A DNA stretch of 64,000 nucleotides from Cenococcum geophilum (Eukaryota). The notes beneath the pieces were generated by a model. That model ran no database searches. It was not told the origin of the DNA and saw only the letters and a program-made list of their open reading frames with translations. The stretch spans positions 24,800,001 through 24,864,000 of the forward strand of contig CP158635.1 of assembly GCA_050273025.1 (NCBI GenBank). The letters run 5' to 3'. This document shows positions 25,517-38,959 of the stretch, in pieces; position 1 is the stretch's first letter; every line of letters begins with the position of its first letter. The position numbers and the translations under genes were made by a program.

Positions 25517-28500
25517 TTATCTAAAGCTTACTCTACTCTTTCTTCCTAAGAAGGAACTTAAATATATCTACGAGAACACAGAATAGGACCCTAAGGATAT
25601 TACTAGGACCATAAGGACAGGACCTAAAAGAAAAGAATAGAACCCTAAGGAAAGGACCTATAAGACATACACAGACCAGAACCCCTAAAGAAATTACCTA
25701 GAATTACCCAATACCCCTACCACTATTCCACGAACTATAGCTGCAGGTAAAGCAGCTGCAGGACCCTTAAATACTTTAGACGAAGAAATAATTAACGTTT
25801 TAACCCCCTAGGCGGAGCTTGCGGCTGCTAATACCGAAATTAAACGATTGCGAGAGCTGCTCGAAGCCAGAGATACCCCTATATCTAATAATGAGTCATT
25901 ATTAGACAACTAAAGACTTACTATAGTCCTTTAGGCCCTATCCTAGCGCCTTAGTGGATCTACCGAGGCCTATATAGCACCGAAGCGGTCAGCAAAGGTC
26001 GCGGACCCCCTACTACTTACAGACGGAACCGACCCTATATTTAATAATTAGAAGCTCCAATTACGGGACAAGCTTAAAGTTAATGCAGACTACTTCCCTA
26101 ACGCCTAAGCCAGAATGGCCTATGTCTTCGGCCGTACTGGCGGAGACGCCTAGACGTATTTACGCCCGTAATATACTAAAGACTTAGCAGACCCCTTTAT
26201 CTCTAAAGAAGAAATAATTAAATACTTATCTTCTATTTATAAGGACCCTTTTAAAGTATAGAACGCCCGCCTTAGCTATAAAAGCCTAAATATAAAAACA
26301 ACGGAGACCTTTTTAGCCTTTTAAACCCGCTTTTTACACCTGGCTAGATAGGCCTAGATCCCCTAGGAAGACCTGCTACTAGACCTCTTTAATAAGCTTA
26401 CCCTGGACCTACAGCGGGCCGTATTACTAGCTTATACTATAGTATAAACGTTAAAGGAACTTATGGACTATTGCCTAGCTATTGACCAAGGCCTTTATTA
26501 AATTAAGGCACGCGCTAACCGGCTAAAAACTAGAAACCTTATAAACCAGGCCATAAGTACTACGAGTACGGCCTGTAGTGCCCCGGTATAATTGGCAACT
26601 CCTACAACTAACCCGGCAGCTAGCCGCGCAGCTACCCCTACTACGGGCCCGGTATATACCCGGCCTATATACAGCGACCCCTATATATAGGCCCTTAGCG
26701 ATTAAGGAGCTTGCTTCTTATACGGTTAAACAGGCTACCCTATAAGAAACTACCCGATAAAGGCAAGGATAAACAAGGTCCTGTTAATTCAGAAGGACAG
26801 TATAGAGCCGGAAAAAGAGGAACCCTAGAGGAAGACTTTTCTCTAGGGTTAAAAGAGATTGATATATTACATATCGATCTAGGTTGGCTAGTTAGTAAAA
26901 GAAGCTGCACTATCCCTTATACTTTATTTTGTAATAGATATTAAGTTTTAACCTCTGCTTTAGCTAACTTAGGAGCAAATGCCTTTACCTTAATTAACAT
27001 AAAGTGCGCTGTAAAACTAGCTGACTTTTTAAATACACCCCTTGAAGAACTGCCTAAACCAATCCCTATTCGCGGTTATAACGGATAAATAGGGCCACCT
27101 ATTATAACTATCTTGCGGATCTACCTCCGCGTTAACGGACGAAGGTAGTATAATGTCCCCTTTCTTATTACGGACTTAGGAAGCCACAATATAATCTTAA
27201 AAAGAAAATGGCTAGCCTATTTAGGCTTACAGCTCAAAGTATAGAGTAGACGGCTTATCTAGCCCAAAACTCTACCCCTGACCCCTTCCTTTATAAAAGA
27301 AATCAGCATTATAATAGAAAACCTTATACGGCCCTAGATTAATACTATTTACTAGGCCGATACTATACGCAGAGACTAGGCCTTTAAGAAGGACATATAG
27401 CTTAACCCGTAACGGATCTGTATACTACGCCGCCCCCAGACTACCTATATTACGCCACCCGCACTAAAGACCTAGGAAGTTAGTAGTGACCTAGCTAAGT
27501 TCCCTATGGAGAACCCTACGAAGCCACAAAGGAAAGCCAGGGATATTGGACGCCACACTAAATTAATAGATAGGAAGGACAACTTATGGAAAATAGAATG
27601 TGAGCTAAGGAAGACTATAAACCCTATACCGCAAACCACGGCCTAATAGACGCTAAAGAAACCCACGGACCTCCCACCAGTTAATGTCTACTGTATTGGC
27701 GCTGTAGGATTCTACCAGAACCTGGTTCAGCCTAATACTATTACCTTTATAACTAGCCTATACAAAATTAACCAAATAATTAAGGAAAAGGAAAGCGAGC
27801 TTAGTGGATAGGAAAGCGGGCTTATAAATAAAGAACTAGTAGAGCAAAAACTACCCGATTAACACCGGAAATTCAAGGACGTATTCTCTAAGGCAGCGTC
27901 TAATATACTTCCACCCCACCAACCGTATAACCATAAGATTAAGATTAAGCAAGATAAGAGAAGCACCCTTAGCTTTAGCCCTCTCTACCCACAGTCTATT
28001 GCCAAATTATAGGCCATAAAGTAGTACCTTATTAATAACCTAAATAAGGGCTTCATCAAGCCTAGCTAAGCCCCTTTTAACTTACCTATTCTCTTTATTA
28101 AAAAGCCAAATAGAGGACTACGCTTCTGCATCGACTACCGTAAGCTAAATAATATAACCCGTAAGGACCGCTACCCGCTGCCCTTACTTAATAAGACTCT
28201 TACCTAAATAAGTAGAGCTAAGGTTTTTATAAAGCTTAATATCCGCCAGGCCTTTTACTAAATTAGGATAGACCCCGGGTCTAAGGATCTTATTATATTC
28301 CAGACCCGTTACGGGACGTACAAATATAAGGTACTTCCTTTTAGACTAACTAACGGACTAGCTACGTACCAGCGGTATATAAATAATATACTCTTTAACT
28401 ACCTTAACGACTTCTATACGGCCTATCTAGATAATATTATAATCTATTCGGAGAATAAACTGGAATACAAGGAGCACGTCTATAAAGTCCTATAACGGCT

Positions 28501-31042
28501 CCGCGAAGCTAGCCTCCAGGCCAATATTAAGAAGTTAAAATTCAGTATCAAGCGTATAAAGTACCTAGGTTTTATTATCAGCACGGACGGAATTAAGGCC
28601 AACCTAGAGAAAACGACCACAATTAACCAGTGGACGCCCCCTCGGACTATAAAGGGGGTATAATCGTTTTTAGGTTTCTGTAACTTCTACTAACGCTTTA
28701 TTAAGAACTACAGCAGAATCGCCTGGCCTCTTAACCACCTTACTAGAAAAGACTAGCCCTTTTACTTTAACGCCATATATATGCAGGCCTTTAATAAGCT
28801 TAAAAAACGGCTAGTGTCGGCCCCCCTACTTGCCCACTTTAACCCAGAACGGCCCTTAATGCTAGAAACTGATGCCTTAAACGGCGCGATAGCCGGTATT
28901 TTTTCCTAAAAGCAACCGGATGGAGAATAGCACCCTATTATATACTATTTAAAGACTATAATAAATGCTAAACTAAACTACCACATTTATAATAAAGAAA
29001 TGCTAGCTATTATCTCTAGCTTTTAGCACTGGTGTGTATAGCTAAAGGGGACCCCTAAACCTATTAAAGTAGTATCAGATTATAAGGCCCTAGAATACTT
29101 TATAATAACCAAGGCCCTTACGGCCCGGCAGGCACGCTAAGCGGACGTCCTATCTCAGTTTAACTTCTTAATTATATATAGACCAGGCGCTGCGAACTGT
29201 GCGGATGCTCTTACTAGGCGCGAATAAGACCTAGGTAACTATACGGCTGCGAAGATCTTATTACAGACCTAGACGCTACTACGACTAGAGCACCTTAACC
29301 CCCGGATATAGGCAGAACTAAGTACAGACCCCTTAGGCGCCGAGATATATCCTATTAACCCTTTAGGACTTAACTTAATCAACGAATTACTGCAGATAAA
29401 CCATACAGCCCCTTCTCTACAGGAGTACCGTAAAAAGGCAAAGAACGTTACCAGCCTATAGTCCCTCAAAAATGGATTACTTAAGTATTAGGAACGGCTG
29501 GTAGTGGCAGAGGAACAAAACTTACAGATTCGGCTTATTGCTAAAGCATATACCTAGGTCTCTATAGCCTACCCCAGAAAGAATAAAACCCGTAGAATTA
29601 TTAGTGACCGCTATTACTAGCCCGGAATAGTTATAAATATCAACCGCTATATACGGAACTATAACGACTGCCGTAGGTCTATAATCCCACAAAATAAGAC
29701 CCTAGGACTATTAAAACCCCTCCTAATACCCAACCGCCCCTAGCAATATATCTTTATAGACTTTTATAAGCTACCTCTAGACCGTGACGGATATAATATA
29801 GTTATAATCCTAGTTAACTGCTTTAGCAAGCGCCCGTTCTTAATTCCCTATTACAAGAATATTAATGCTAAAGAGGCAGCCCGACTGTATATCCACTACG
29901 TCTACCAAATTTACGGACTACTAGACACTATTATATCTAACCGCGGGCCGTAGTTTATATTAGCCTTTTAGAATAAGTTTACCCGGATCCTAGGTATTAA
30001 GCTAAAGCTTTCTATAGTATATTACCCCTAGACAGACAGTTAAACGGAGATTGTAAATTAATACTTGGACTAGAGACTCCGGCCTTTTATTAACTACTTC
30101 TAGGATAACTGGGCCGAACTATTACCCTTAATAGACTACGCCCAAGCGACCCTACCCCATAACTCTACCGGATTTGCCCCTATTTAACTAGAAATAGGTT
30201 ACCTACCCCGTATAAGCTTTAACTGGGAAAGACCAGAAGGGCCCTAGACTGTATACAAAAAACTATCTTATAAGGAAGCCTAGCAGTACGCTAAGCGCTT
30301 AAAAGAAGCCTGGAAAGTAGCCTATATAAACCTAAAAAAGGCCTAGAAATCAATAGAACAGCAGGCAAATAAGTATAGGCGCAAGCCTAACTTTACTATA
30401 GGTGATATGGTCTAGGTCACAACAAAGAACTAAAAGACAGAACGGCCTAGCCGTAAGCTAGACTATAAGATAGCAGGACCGTATAAGATTCTTAACAAAG
30501 TAGGCAACTCATACAAGGTTAAGCTCCTAGACTCAATTAAAGTCCACCCTATCTTCTTACCAGACAAGCTATAGAAAGCTATAAATAACCCACTGCCCAG
30601 ACAAAAGAATGAACCTCCCCTACCAATTTAAGTTAACGACGATAATAAATAGGAAATTAAAGAAATACTAGCCTATAAACTTATAAAGGGAACATTAAAG
30701 TATCGTGTTAGTTGGAAAGGATATAACCTGGACCCCACTTAGTACCCTACATAAAACTTTATAGGTAGCCCCTATAAGCTTTAGAAGTTCTATAGCCGTT
30801 ACCCTAACAAACCCAGACCGCCAAAGTACCTAGATAAGTGGATAGAATACTAGTATAATAAAGACAATAAGCTACCAGAAGAACATAAGGACAAGAACGC
30901 CCTAGAAATTTCTTAGTTATATAAAGTGTTAAGATATCTAAGAACTTCAACCAGCGGTCAAAGTTGTCTAATTAGTTAGATTCTCTTACTAAGACTTTTA
31001 GCGGCAAAGCCTAAGGGCAGGCTTTTTTAGAGGGGGGGGTAA

Positions 31043-31269
31043 TGTTACGGCACTAGCAGAACTTAGCAGAACTACGCACCAGCAAGTTGCCACAGATTGC
31101 CGTATATTGCGGTCACGTGACGCGAAGATCGTATATAGCTTCGAGCGGCGCTCCCCTTCTTCTCCTTTCCTTTCTTTAGCTTTAGATTCTCGTTTATAGA
31201 CAATCCAATTGTACAGGCTTGCACGTCCCTCATACCGTGCTCATGCCTCGATTGACTGAGTCGCTAACA
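31043..31269 (+). repeat. 3' LTR Gypsy B
   Basis: TGTTACGG...CTAACA after the PPT. Confidence 0.95.
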
Positions 31270-31438
31270 GGATCCACTTTATATGCGCGTCCTTGGTTAA
31301 TTACCTTGCGCTTTAAAACGACGTAAGCGTTAAGATAGCGAAGAAACACTTTAATATTCGTTAGCTAAAAGGACTGGATAGATATTATAAAGAAGTATAA
31401 AGAGATATATACTTACTTACCTTATCCTTAGCCTTATA

Positions 31439-31864
31439 ACGTAGTCTATGGGCTAGTGACTTATATAGGCGAGTAACCTACGTTAAAACCCTACTAAAAA
31501 TTAGAAAATATATACCTTAATATCTTAACAACTACTTAATAATAATTTTTAATAATTTAGATTTAGACTTTTATATATAATTTACAGCTTCTATTAAAGT
31601 TATATAGTAAATAGTTTAGTAGTTTTTAAGATATAGTAATTTGGCCTTATTTTAGCCCCTAAATTTTAATATCTTAAAAACTATAAAACTATTTACTATA
31701 TAACTTTAATAGAAGCTATAAAGTATATATAAAAGTCTAAATTTAAATTATTAGAATTTATTATTAAGTAGCTGTTAAGATATTAAGGTATATATTTTCT
31801 AATTTTTGGTGGGGTTTTGACGTAGGTCACTCGCCTATATAAGTCACTAGCCTGTGGACTACGT
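31439..31864. mobile_element. Foldback MITE (426 bp): ~196-bp inverted arms, 34-bp loop
   Basis: TA-flanked ACGTAGTC...GACTACGT termini; 31439-31634 is the near reverse complement of 31669-31864. Confidence 0.9.
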
Positions 31865-32992
31865 TAGAGGTTGTTTATAAAAATTAATTCCGTATAATTA
31901 ATATGTTAAACGAATTTACCATAGGAGGATAACTCCTACATATAATCATTTAGATTCGTCCAGCTAATCGCGAATTAAGTCCTTTAATATTTAATAAGGC
32001 CCTAGGAATAGTAAAGTATGGTGAATTTATAATAGGCAGTTATAAAAGTTGTATTTAAACATTTTGATTTTCGTAATATACGTGATGTTTTAACCTAAAG
32101 TGGAAAGATCTAAACCTGTTTAGGCAGGGGTGTGCGTATATTAGTTGGGGGTGTCCGCATAGTATTTAGGGGGTGTATAATTAGTGGCGCCCTTTATAAT
32201 TTCAAGTGGGTAACTTATAAAGTAAGTAAATTTAAATTATAATTACATATCACTTTTTCTGCGGCTCCGTCACTAACATCTGGACGCTACTTTAAAAATT
32301 GATTATTTAGCGTGCTTAGCCACCCGCAGCAGCCTTCGTTATAGCACTATTCTTAGTCGAACGTATATACGGCTGTAGCTAGCTACTTACCAACCTAACG
32401 TATAAATAGACTACTAAAAGACCTCCAGAGTTAGTACCCAGCGCTAAAAGTAATTAAAGGTAAGCAGCTTAACCCGCCGGAATATATCTTACTGTTATTG
32501 ATAAGAACTAATTAATTGGATTAACTAAATCAAATTATAATAAGAGTAAAATCGGGCAGCGCCCATAGCTTTAGTGGTGGCTTTTTAGCATATTAATTTG
32601 GCTAAATGTTATATTGAGCCGGTTAAACAAGGTCTATATTATTAGAAGTACGATTAGAAGGTATTAATAATAGTAATTAGCTATATATATTATTTTCATT
32701 CTGGTATTTAAGTACGGACCAGCTTCTAGTAGGACGCCAACAGGTTAAGGGATATAGCCCGCACTTTTCTGCACCTGCTAATACCTATAAACATCCCGTG
32801 CTGTCTAAAGTGGTCTTTTATATGTCCGTTAGTATGGTAAAGGGCATTATATAGGTTTTAACTAAGCTACTAGACGGATAGAAGGACGTGCACAAATAAA
32901 GACGCTAGGCGGCCTATTAAAACTAGAAGTTAAAGTTGGCTTTAATAGTTTCGGAAAGATGCATAAAGTAATATCTTGCATGTTGTGGCTTA

Positions 32993-35526
32993 CGGAAGTC
33001 GCTAATATACCCAATTGCACCTTCCTAATTAGGCAGTTTGGCTTACCGCCCACCGGCAGAATATGAATTTCAACGCCAGACGCATTAAATTCGTTCTTGA
33101 AGCTTTAAATAAAATGCTATATATATATATTTGGTTGATTAATTAATATGCTAGCTAATTGGAAGGTGTTAAGCTCTGCGCTGGCGTAGCTTCCTGCCCT
33201 ATGGAGGCTCAGGAACGTCCTCTACTGGTTAAACATAGCCCTCTCCATATTCGAGTCGCTGCCGCCTTCCTGCCTTCTTTGGAATCTTCTGTATAGAGCC
33301 TTGGTGTAGCAGAGCCTCTGGCGAAGGATCTGCATAAGGCTCTGCAGAGCTTAATTTAACGTTAATTGTCCTGCTAGTAGAGGCCTTAGTAGAGGCTCTG
33401 CCCTCATCTACGGCCCCACTAGATGTAGTAGTAGAGTCCTTCTTCCTTACCCACTTCCTTTTTAGATTATTAATTGTCTCCCACCTAATATTTATATCCT
33501 TCTGGTATTCTTCCTCCTGCTGCTGCTCCTGCTGCTTTTCCTGCTGCTGCTGCTCCTGCTGCTTTTCCTACTGCTGCTGTTCCTGCTGCCGCTCCTGCTG
33601 CCGCCCCTGCTGCCGCTCCTACTGCCGCCCCTACTGCCGCCCCTACTGCTGCCTAATTTGAGGCTCTATAAAGCTAATTTTGAATGCTGCCTTTTTTATA
33701 TTCCGGCCCTTTATATCTAGTTAATTCTAGATTAATCGCGGCTAAGGAGGAGGAGGAGGCTCGATAGGTGGCAGAGGCTTAAGTGGAGGCTTAAGGGAGG
33801 AAGCTTTTAATTAAGTAGACGGCTAGAGGGGGTCCTATTTATTACAACGTCAGTAGCAAAGCTTTAGATCTTAATTGTCGTGTAGAGGTTTTAAATTAAT
33901 TAAATCGTGAGGTAGATGAGGGCCCATTTACATAAGCTTTGGAAACTCTGGCGGCTTAGGCTTTATTAATAGAGGCTCGTTCTCATTAACTTAATTAAGG
34001 CTTAAAAGTACCTGCTGTCGCATATAAGTAATTATTTAATAGCGATATTAATCTAGCTTCTTAAGCGCCTTCTAATCTTATGCATAGTTAGCAGCGCCTT
34101 CGCGATAGTCGTTCCCTCCTCTATAGCAAATAACCTCTTAAATATAACGTGGAATTCGCTTAATCTAAGCCTAAATTCGCTACTGTTTAAGCCCCTCCTA
34201 CGCCTTCCGCTAAGCTTACTTAGCTTCTGCTTAGTTCCTAGGTACTCCCTTCTTTATAGTAACTTGCTTTAGGTAGTTCCAATATAATTCTATTATATTT
34301 AAATCCGGTAAATTGCCTAGCCAAAGCAATCGTTAGAGGCTAGCTGCGTTAAAATAGATCTGCTAGTGCTTTAATAAGTAAGTAGGAGCTTTATCTTCTT
34401 ATATAAGCGTATCTAGACAATTAATCTGGCACTTAATAGCGAACGGGATAAGGATTAGAAGGAGGATCTTAGTAAGATAGCGATACCAATTAATACCGCC
34501 TTTTTTAGAGTTTCGCTTAAAGGCTCTATTCTCCTTATTTATACGGAAGCTTAGCTTTCTGCCTGGCTTATTATAAAGGCCCAGTCGTTATAGGCTAGTG
34601 GTAAGCTCCTATGCCTCTTAAAGCTCTAGCTTTATTACCTTATTTATTATCTTAAGTTCTAGCTTTAACACCTTCTTCTTATTTACTGTTTTAGGTCTCT
34701 AGATATAGTATGGACCTTTCCGGTTATATAAGAAACCGCCCTAGAATATAAATTCGTTAGCCTTTACAAATTGAGGATAAATAGACAACTTTTTAATATA
34801 TTCCTTAGCTAAGCGCCAGAGCTAATATCTACCTTTCCTATAGTATAGAATAACGCCCGTTTCGTTAGTCCAGATAACATTTTTCCAATTGTTAATTATC
34901 TAATTTTAATACCGGAGGGCAAACTAAAGGCGAGCTTCTTTTATTGCGGGTAAGAGGTAGGGCTTTTTAGTCGGCTTTATCTTTCTATATCTATAACGTC
35001 GTAGAACTCGCCATACGGTTTAGGCTAAATAGCCGCATTCGGCAGTAATATAGGCGTAAGACTTTTCTCTACCGTATTAATTGTAGGTAACTTTTTTAAG
35101 GATTCGCTGCTCAAATTCGCGGGTAACTTTAAGCTTTCTGCTAGCCCGAGGAGCGTTAATAATATAGCCGTCAAGAACAAGAGGATTTGTAGTAGGATTC
35201 CAGCCGCGATTAAGAGCCTTTTTAATCAGATATTAAAGAGCGCGTCGTTTAATTTAAGTGATATTTTAGATGTGCTCCATTATAGCTCCCATGGCCTTTA
35301 TGGCCAGGGCTTACGCCTTAATCGCAAGCTGGTAGAAAACCATAATTAATATAGGGATTTAAAAGCTCCAGAGTCACTTACAGGCTATTTCTATGTGGAT
35401 GATAGGGCTCTGGTGGCGTTTATCGGTGTAATAGCGGGGTTAAAGCCGCAGGAGTTATTCTGCCAGTAGGCGGTGAGCCAAACTGCCTAATTAGGAAGGT
35501 GTAATTGGGTATATTAGCGACTTCCG
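32993..35526 (-). mobile_element. Tc1-like DNA transposon (2534 bp) with extra Pro/Gln/Glu-rich coding tail
   Basis: TA TSD, ~70-bp TIR CGGAAGTCGCTAATATACCCAATT.... Transposase from ATG 35343 with VIWT(D)ETG, (Q)EDKAP(AH) and W(P)GNLPDLNIIE. Confidence 0.9.
33510..33655 (-). repeat. CAG/GAG-rich coding microsatellite (QQEQQQEK repeats)
   Basis: (CTG)n/(CTC) runs on the plus strand inside the Tc1 element. Confidence 0.85.
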
Positions 35527-35849
35527 TACTAGAATACCAAGCATTAAGAAAGTAAGTCACGTGGTTTAGCTAAGCCCCGCTAAAGACTACCTAAAATGCC
35601 CCTCTAAATAACGCCTAAAATGCCCCTAACGCCTTCCAAATAACTGCCTGAAACGCCCTTAGTGGCAGCAATAAATTTTGCCTATATCTTACGTCCGGCC
35701 CTAACACTTTAGAGGAGGTATTTCTATAAGGTTTTAACACCCCCTACACTAAGACTAGCGCTAAGAAACTGTTCTACGTAGGTATATCTACTCTAATATA
35801 GATCTTAAGCGCCTTTACGATCCTATACAATTTATATCATCTGCTTTAC

Positions 35850-36430
35850 CCTTAATGCCAAAATACTTAGATAAGGTAGCGCTTAGCAAAGAGGCGGAAG
35901 ATATAGTAGAAAATCTAAACGCATGGCTTATAAAGAATGGAAAATACCAACTAGCTGCCGAGTTAAAATTCTTTAATTAGTGTGTAAGTACTAGGTTAGA
36001 AGAGGAAATTAGCCCCTTACATAACAAAGCAAGTAGGCAGTTTGTAGCCGTAGGCATTCTTTTTATAAGATATTTAATACCCTGTGCTAATAAAATTAGA
36101 CGCGAAAGTTATACGCCGTAGTTAGACTAAAAGATCCTTAAAGGGGAGGATGGTTAACTAGCGGGCATAAATGGCTGCTTCTCTGTGTTAGGGTTCCGGA
36201 TAGATTTCCCCCTCTATATATTTCAAATAGGAAGATAAATCTATCCTTTTCCTATAGAATAATAATTTACTATAAACCTAATAATGCGGTGTTTATTAGC
36301 AGTGGTGTTAAATTTATAGTTATATACTAGCCCGTTAAATAAAAGTGGTTTAAGGAACTGGCGTAAATTAAGCTACTAGCTTTATGTGAAAAATATATTA
36401 AGATTAACTAGTTACTCCATAAAACATCAT
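35850..36430 (+). pseudogene. Possible degenerate gene, unknown
   Basis: Protein-like frame MPKYLDKVALSKEAEDIVENLNAWL... with RIP-type stops. Confidence 0.3.
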
Positions 36431-36481
36431 TAAATATTCCGCCCGTAAGAGACTAAGCGTCTTAATACTATCTTTATTCAC

Positions 36482-36694
36482 GAATCTAGAGTTGGCTTTA
36501 TTAAAGCTATCCGCCAATCCGGAGCCGACTATATCAAAGTTATCCGCGAGATTCGGGTAGCTCTGTCTAGTATTTTCCCGCCCACTAGGGAAGGCTTATT
36601 CCGTTAGACTGTTATTTAAATAACCCATTTTAAATCCGGAGCCAACTTTATTAAAGTTATCCGCGAGATTCGGGTAGCTCTGTTTAGTATTTTC
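36482..36694 (+). repeat. Local ~62-bp direct repeat (two copies plus one partial)
   Basis: AATCCGGAGCC...AAAGTTATCCGCGAGATTCGGGTAGCTCTGT at 36516 and 36633; partial copy at 36482. Confidence 0.8.
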
Positions 36695-37395
36695 TTAACC
36701 ATCGGACATATAGGGTTTCGCTATAGTGCGTAAACCTACTTCTAAATCTCCCTGTTCTAAATTGTATTATTAAAAAGTAGAAACAAGAATAGGGTTTACG
36801 CCTTTAACGGACCGATTTTTTTCTGCGCTACGTTAATAAAATCGTTTAACCTCTATAATATAAATACACTTACTACCGGCCGTATATACCTTAGTCTGCC
36901 TAGCACTCCTACTTCTATAATTTATTCTAGGAGCTAGTTGAAAACTATCTAGTATATTTTTAGAACCCGCCTAATACTTACATCGCTTATTAGAATCCTT
37001 TAGGTCCACAGACCTGTCTACTAGGGATAGTAATTATAGGTTAAGGGCTAAGTTAGTGAACAAGCCTAAATTAGTGTATAGGTCTAAGCAACTGCTATCA
37101 ACGTCCACTAAAGGGGTAGCACGCCTTAATTTATCGGCGGGAGAATCTAATAGGGGATTTTCATAAAGCATCTCTATTGTCTACTGAAATGTATCTTCTA
37201 ACCATTAGCACCTTTTAGCAGTGCTATCCTATTTAAAAGCACTTACTATACCAGCTCCCTAAACAGACTTTTTTATTCGCTGTTTATAACGAGGCCTTGC
37301 TATTAGTGTCGCACGTCTTACATTTATTAGACTCTTCTTTCGCTAGAATCTAGAAGAGCTACACCTAGACTGCGAAATTGTGAGCAAATTAAATG

Positions 37396-37950
37396 CTAGT
37401 AAATATAGACTTTACCTAAACTTTTGGTCTTCCTAGTTGTAATATAAACTAGAAATGATACCTCTAGCCCTTCCACTATAGGGGAAAGACGTCTTAGCCC
37501 TACGCAATTCGGCGTCACGGTCCACGCATTAAGCGCGTCAAATTCATCTCTAGTCATATCCCTCTCCACACTGTTATTTGTTAGCAATGTCAAAGTTAAT
37601 AAAAACGAGTAAGAACTTATACCGTCGCGTTTTGAGAATTCCTAAAGGCTAAAATTAATCTACGTTCTAAACGCCTCCATATTTAACTAGCGATATTCTT
37701 TTCCTTAACCCCGTTATCATTATATATAGAACGTGCTTATATTTTAAACCGACCATACCCGCCATTTTTTAATTTTAATCGAGCCTCTTTAGTATTTATT
37801 GCCATTAATAGGAGACCGAGAAGGATTCTGCGACGTATTGGGTAATTTTAATCTTCTTTAGTAATATAAGAATAAAGAAAGTTAATTATATTCTTAACAT
37901 TCTATCCTAGAAGGCTAGGATATATACCCTAAAATTACAAGGGCGATCCT
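37396..37950 (-). pseudogene. Possible degenerate spliced gene, unknown
   Basis: ORF 37396-37593 preceded by a GTATAA...CTAAC...CAG intron-like segment and an upstream protein-like frame (RRILLGLLLMA...). Confidence 0.3.
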
Positions 37951-38615
37951 TCTTTTAAACAATAACGACTAAAACTGGTAAAATCTTGGGATGAAATTGG
38001 TGAGATGAGTTTTACAAGTCGTGTAATACATTTTTTTGGGAGCTTTTAACTAGTCTTAATCGCGAACAATAAAAAGAATTAAAAAGCCAGTTGCTTGGTG
38101 CTCCTATCTAAGATTACCTTATCTTAAATATCCTTTAGTAAGGCTAAAAAAGCCTTACTCTCTGGTAGGGCTTTAAAAGCCTCGCTCTCTAGCAAGGCCT
38201 AAAAAGCATCTGGTTAAGGTAGTAAGGCTTTAAAGGCCTCTAGTAAGGCTTAAGAAGCACCTAAAGGTGGTAGGCTTAGCAAGGCTTAAGAAGCATTACT
38301 CTTTAGTTAAGGGGCCTTATCCTTAGGTAGGCTTATCTGTTCTTCTACAAGTTTTAATAAGGATGCCTTAAAAACATTAAGCCTCGTAACCCTATCTCTA
38401 CACCGCAGCGAATATGCAACCCTTGCGATATAATCTAATAGTGACTGTAATTTTTAAATACGTCTAAGTGCATATAAAGGAAATTTGGCTTACGGGACGG
38501 ATCGGGCTAATTCTCTAAGAGAGCTATAAGAATTCTTTAATAATTAAGCCTATGTCTTCCTGTAGGTGTAGACCCATAGCATTAAGATACGCAAAAGGTA
38601 GTAAGGGTTTTAGAG

Positions 38616-38845
38616 AAGGATAATAGGGAGTTCCTGGCCATTAAACTTCTAAAAGGACGCTAACTAAAAATGTCTTATTTCCTTGCAGAATGCAACGAAA
38701 CAAGTCATTCTTAGTTAGCGTCTTTAGTAAGGGCTAAGGATAATAGGGAGTTCCGGGCTATTAAACTTTTAAAAGGACGCTAACTAAAAACAACCTGTTT
38801 TGTTGCATTCTGCAATAAAATAGGTTGTTTTTAGTTAGCGTCCTT
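38616..38845. repeat. Tandem duplication (120-bp period), each unit holding a 73-nt hairpin
   Basis: Hairpins 38653-38725 (loop GAA) and 38773-38845 (loop TTC), 35-bp arms. Confidence 0.9.
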
Positions 38846-38959
38846 ATAGAGATCAGCTACCTCCCTTGCCAAAAATCGCACCAATTCCAACAGGGCTTCT
38901 ACTTAGTTAATCCTACGTCAGCAAGGGAAACCCGCTTCCCCGTTCTTAAGTTAAAGTAA

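Larger units (their letters stand above)
25290..31269 (+). mobile_element. Complete Ty3/Gypsy chromovirus family B (5980 bp), RIP-degenerate
   Basis: 227-bp LTRs, TSD AGATC/GGATC, PPT AGAGGGGGGGG ~31029-31039. Gag with CCHC ~26710, GGAAAAA frameshift-like site ~26810, RT YLD(D) ~28424, RNase H ETDA(S), integrase, GPY, chromodomain ~30640-30900. Confidence 0.96.

Noticed and set aside
32120..32180. Three GGGGTGT repeats, possible transposon end
   Set aside because: No matching opposite end or TSD found.
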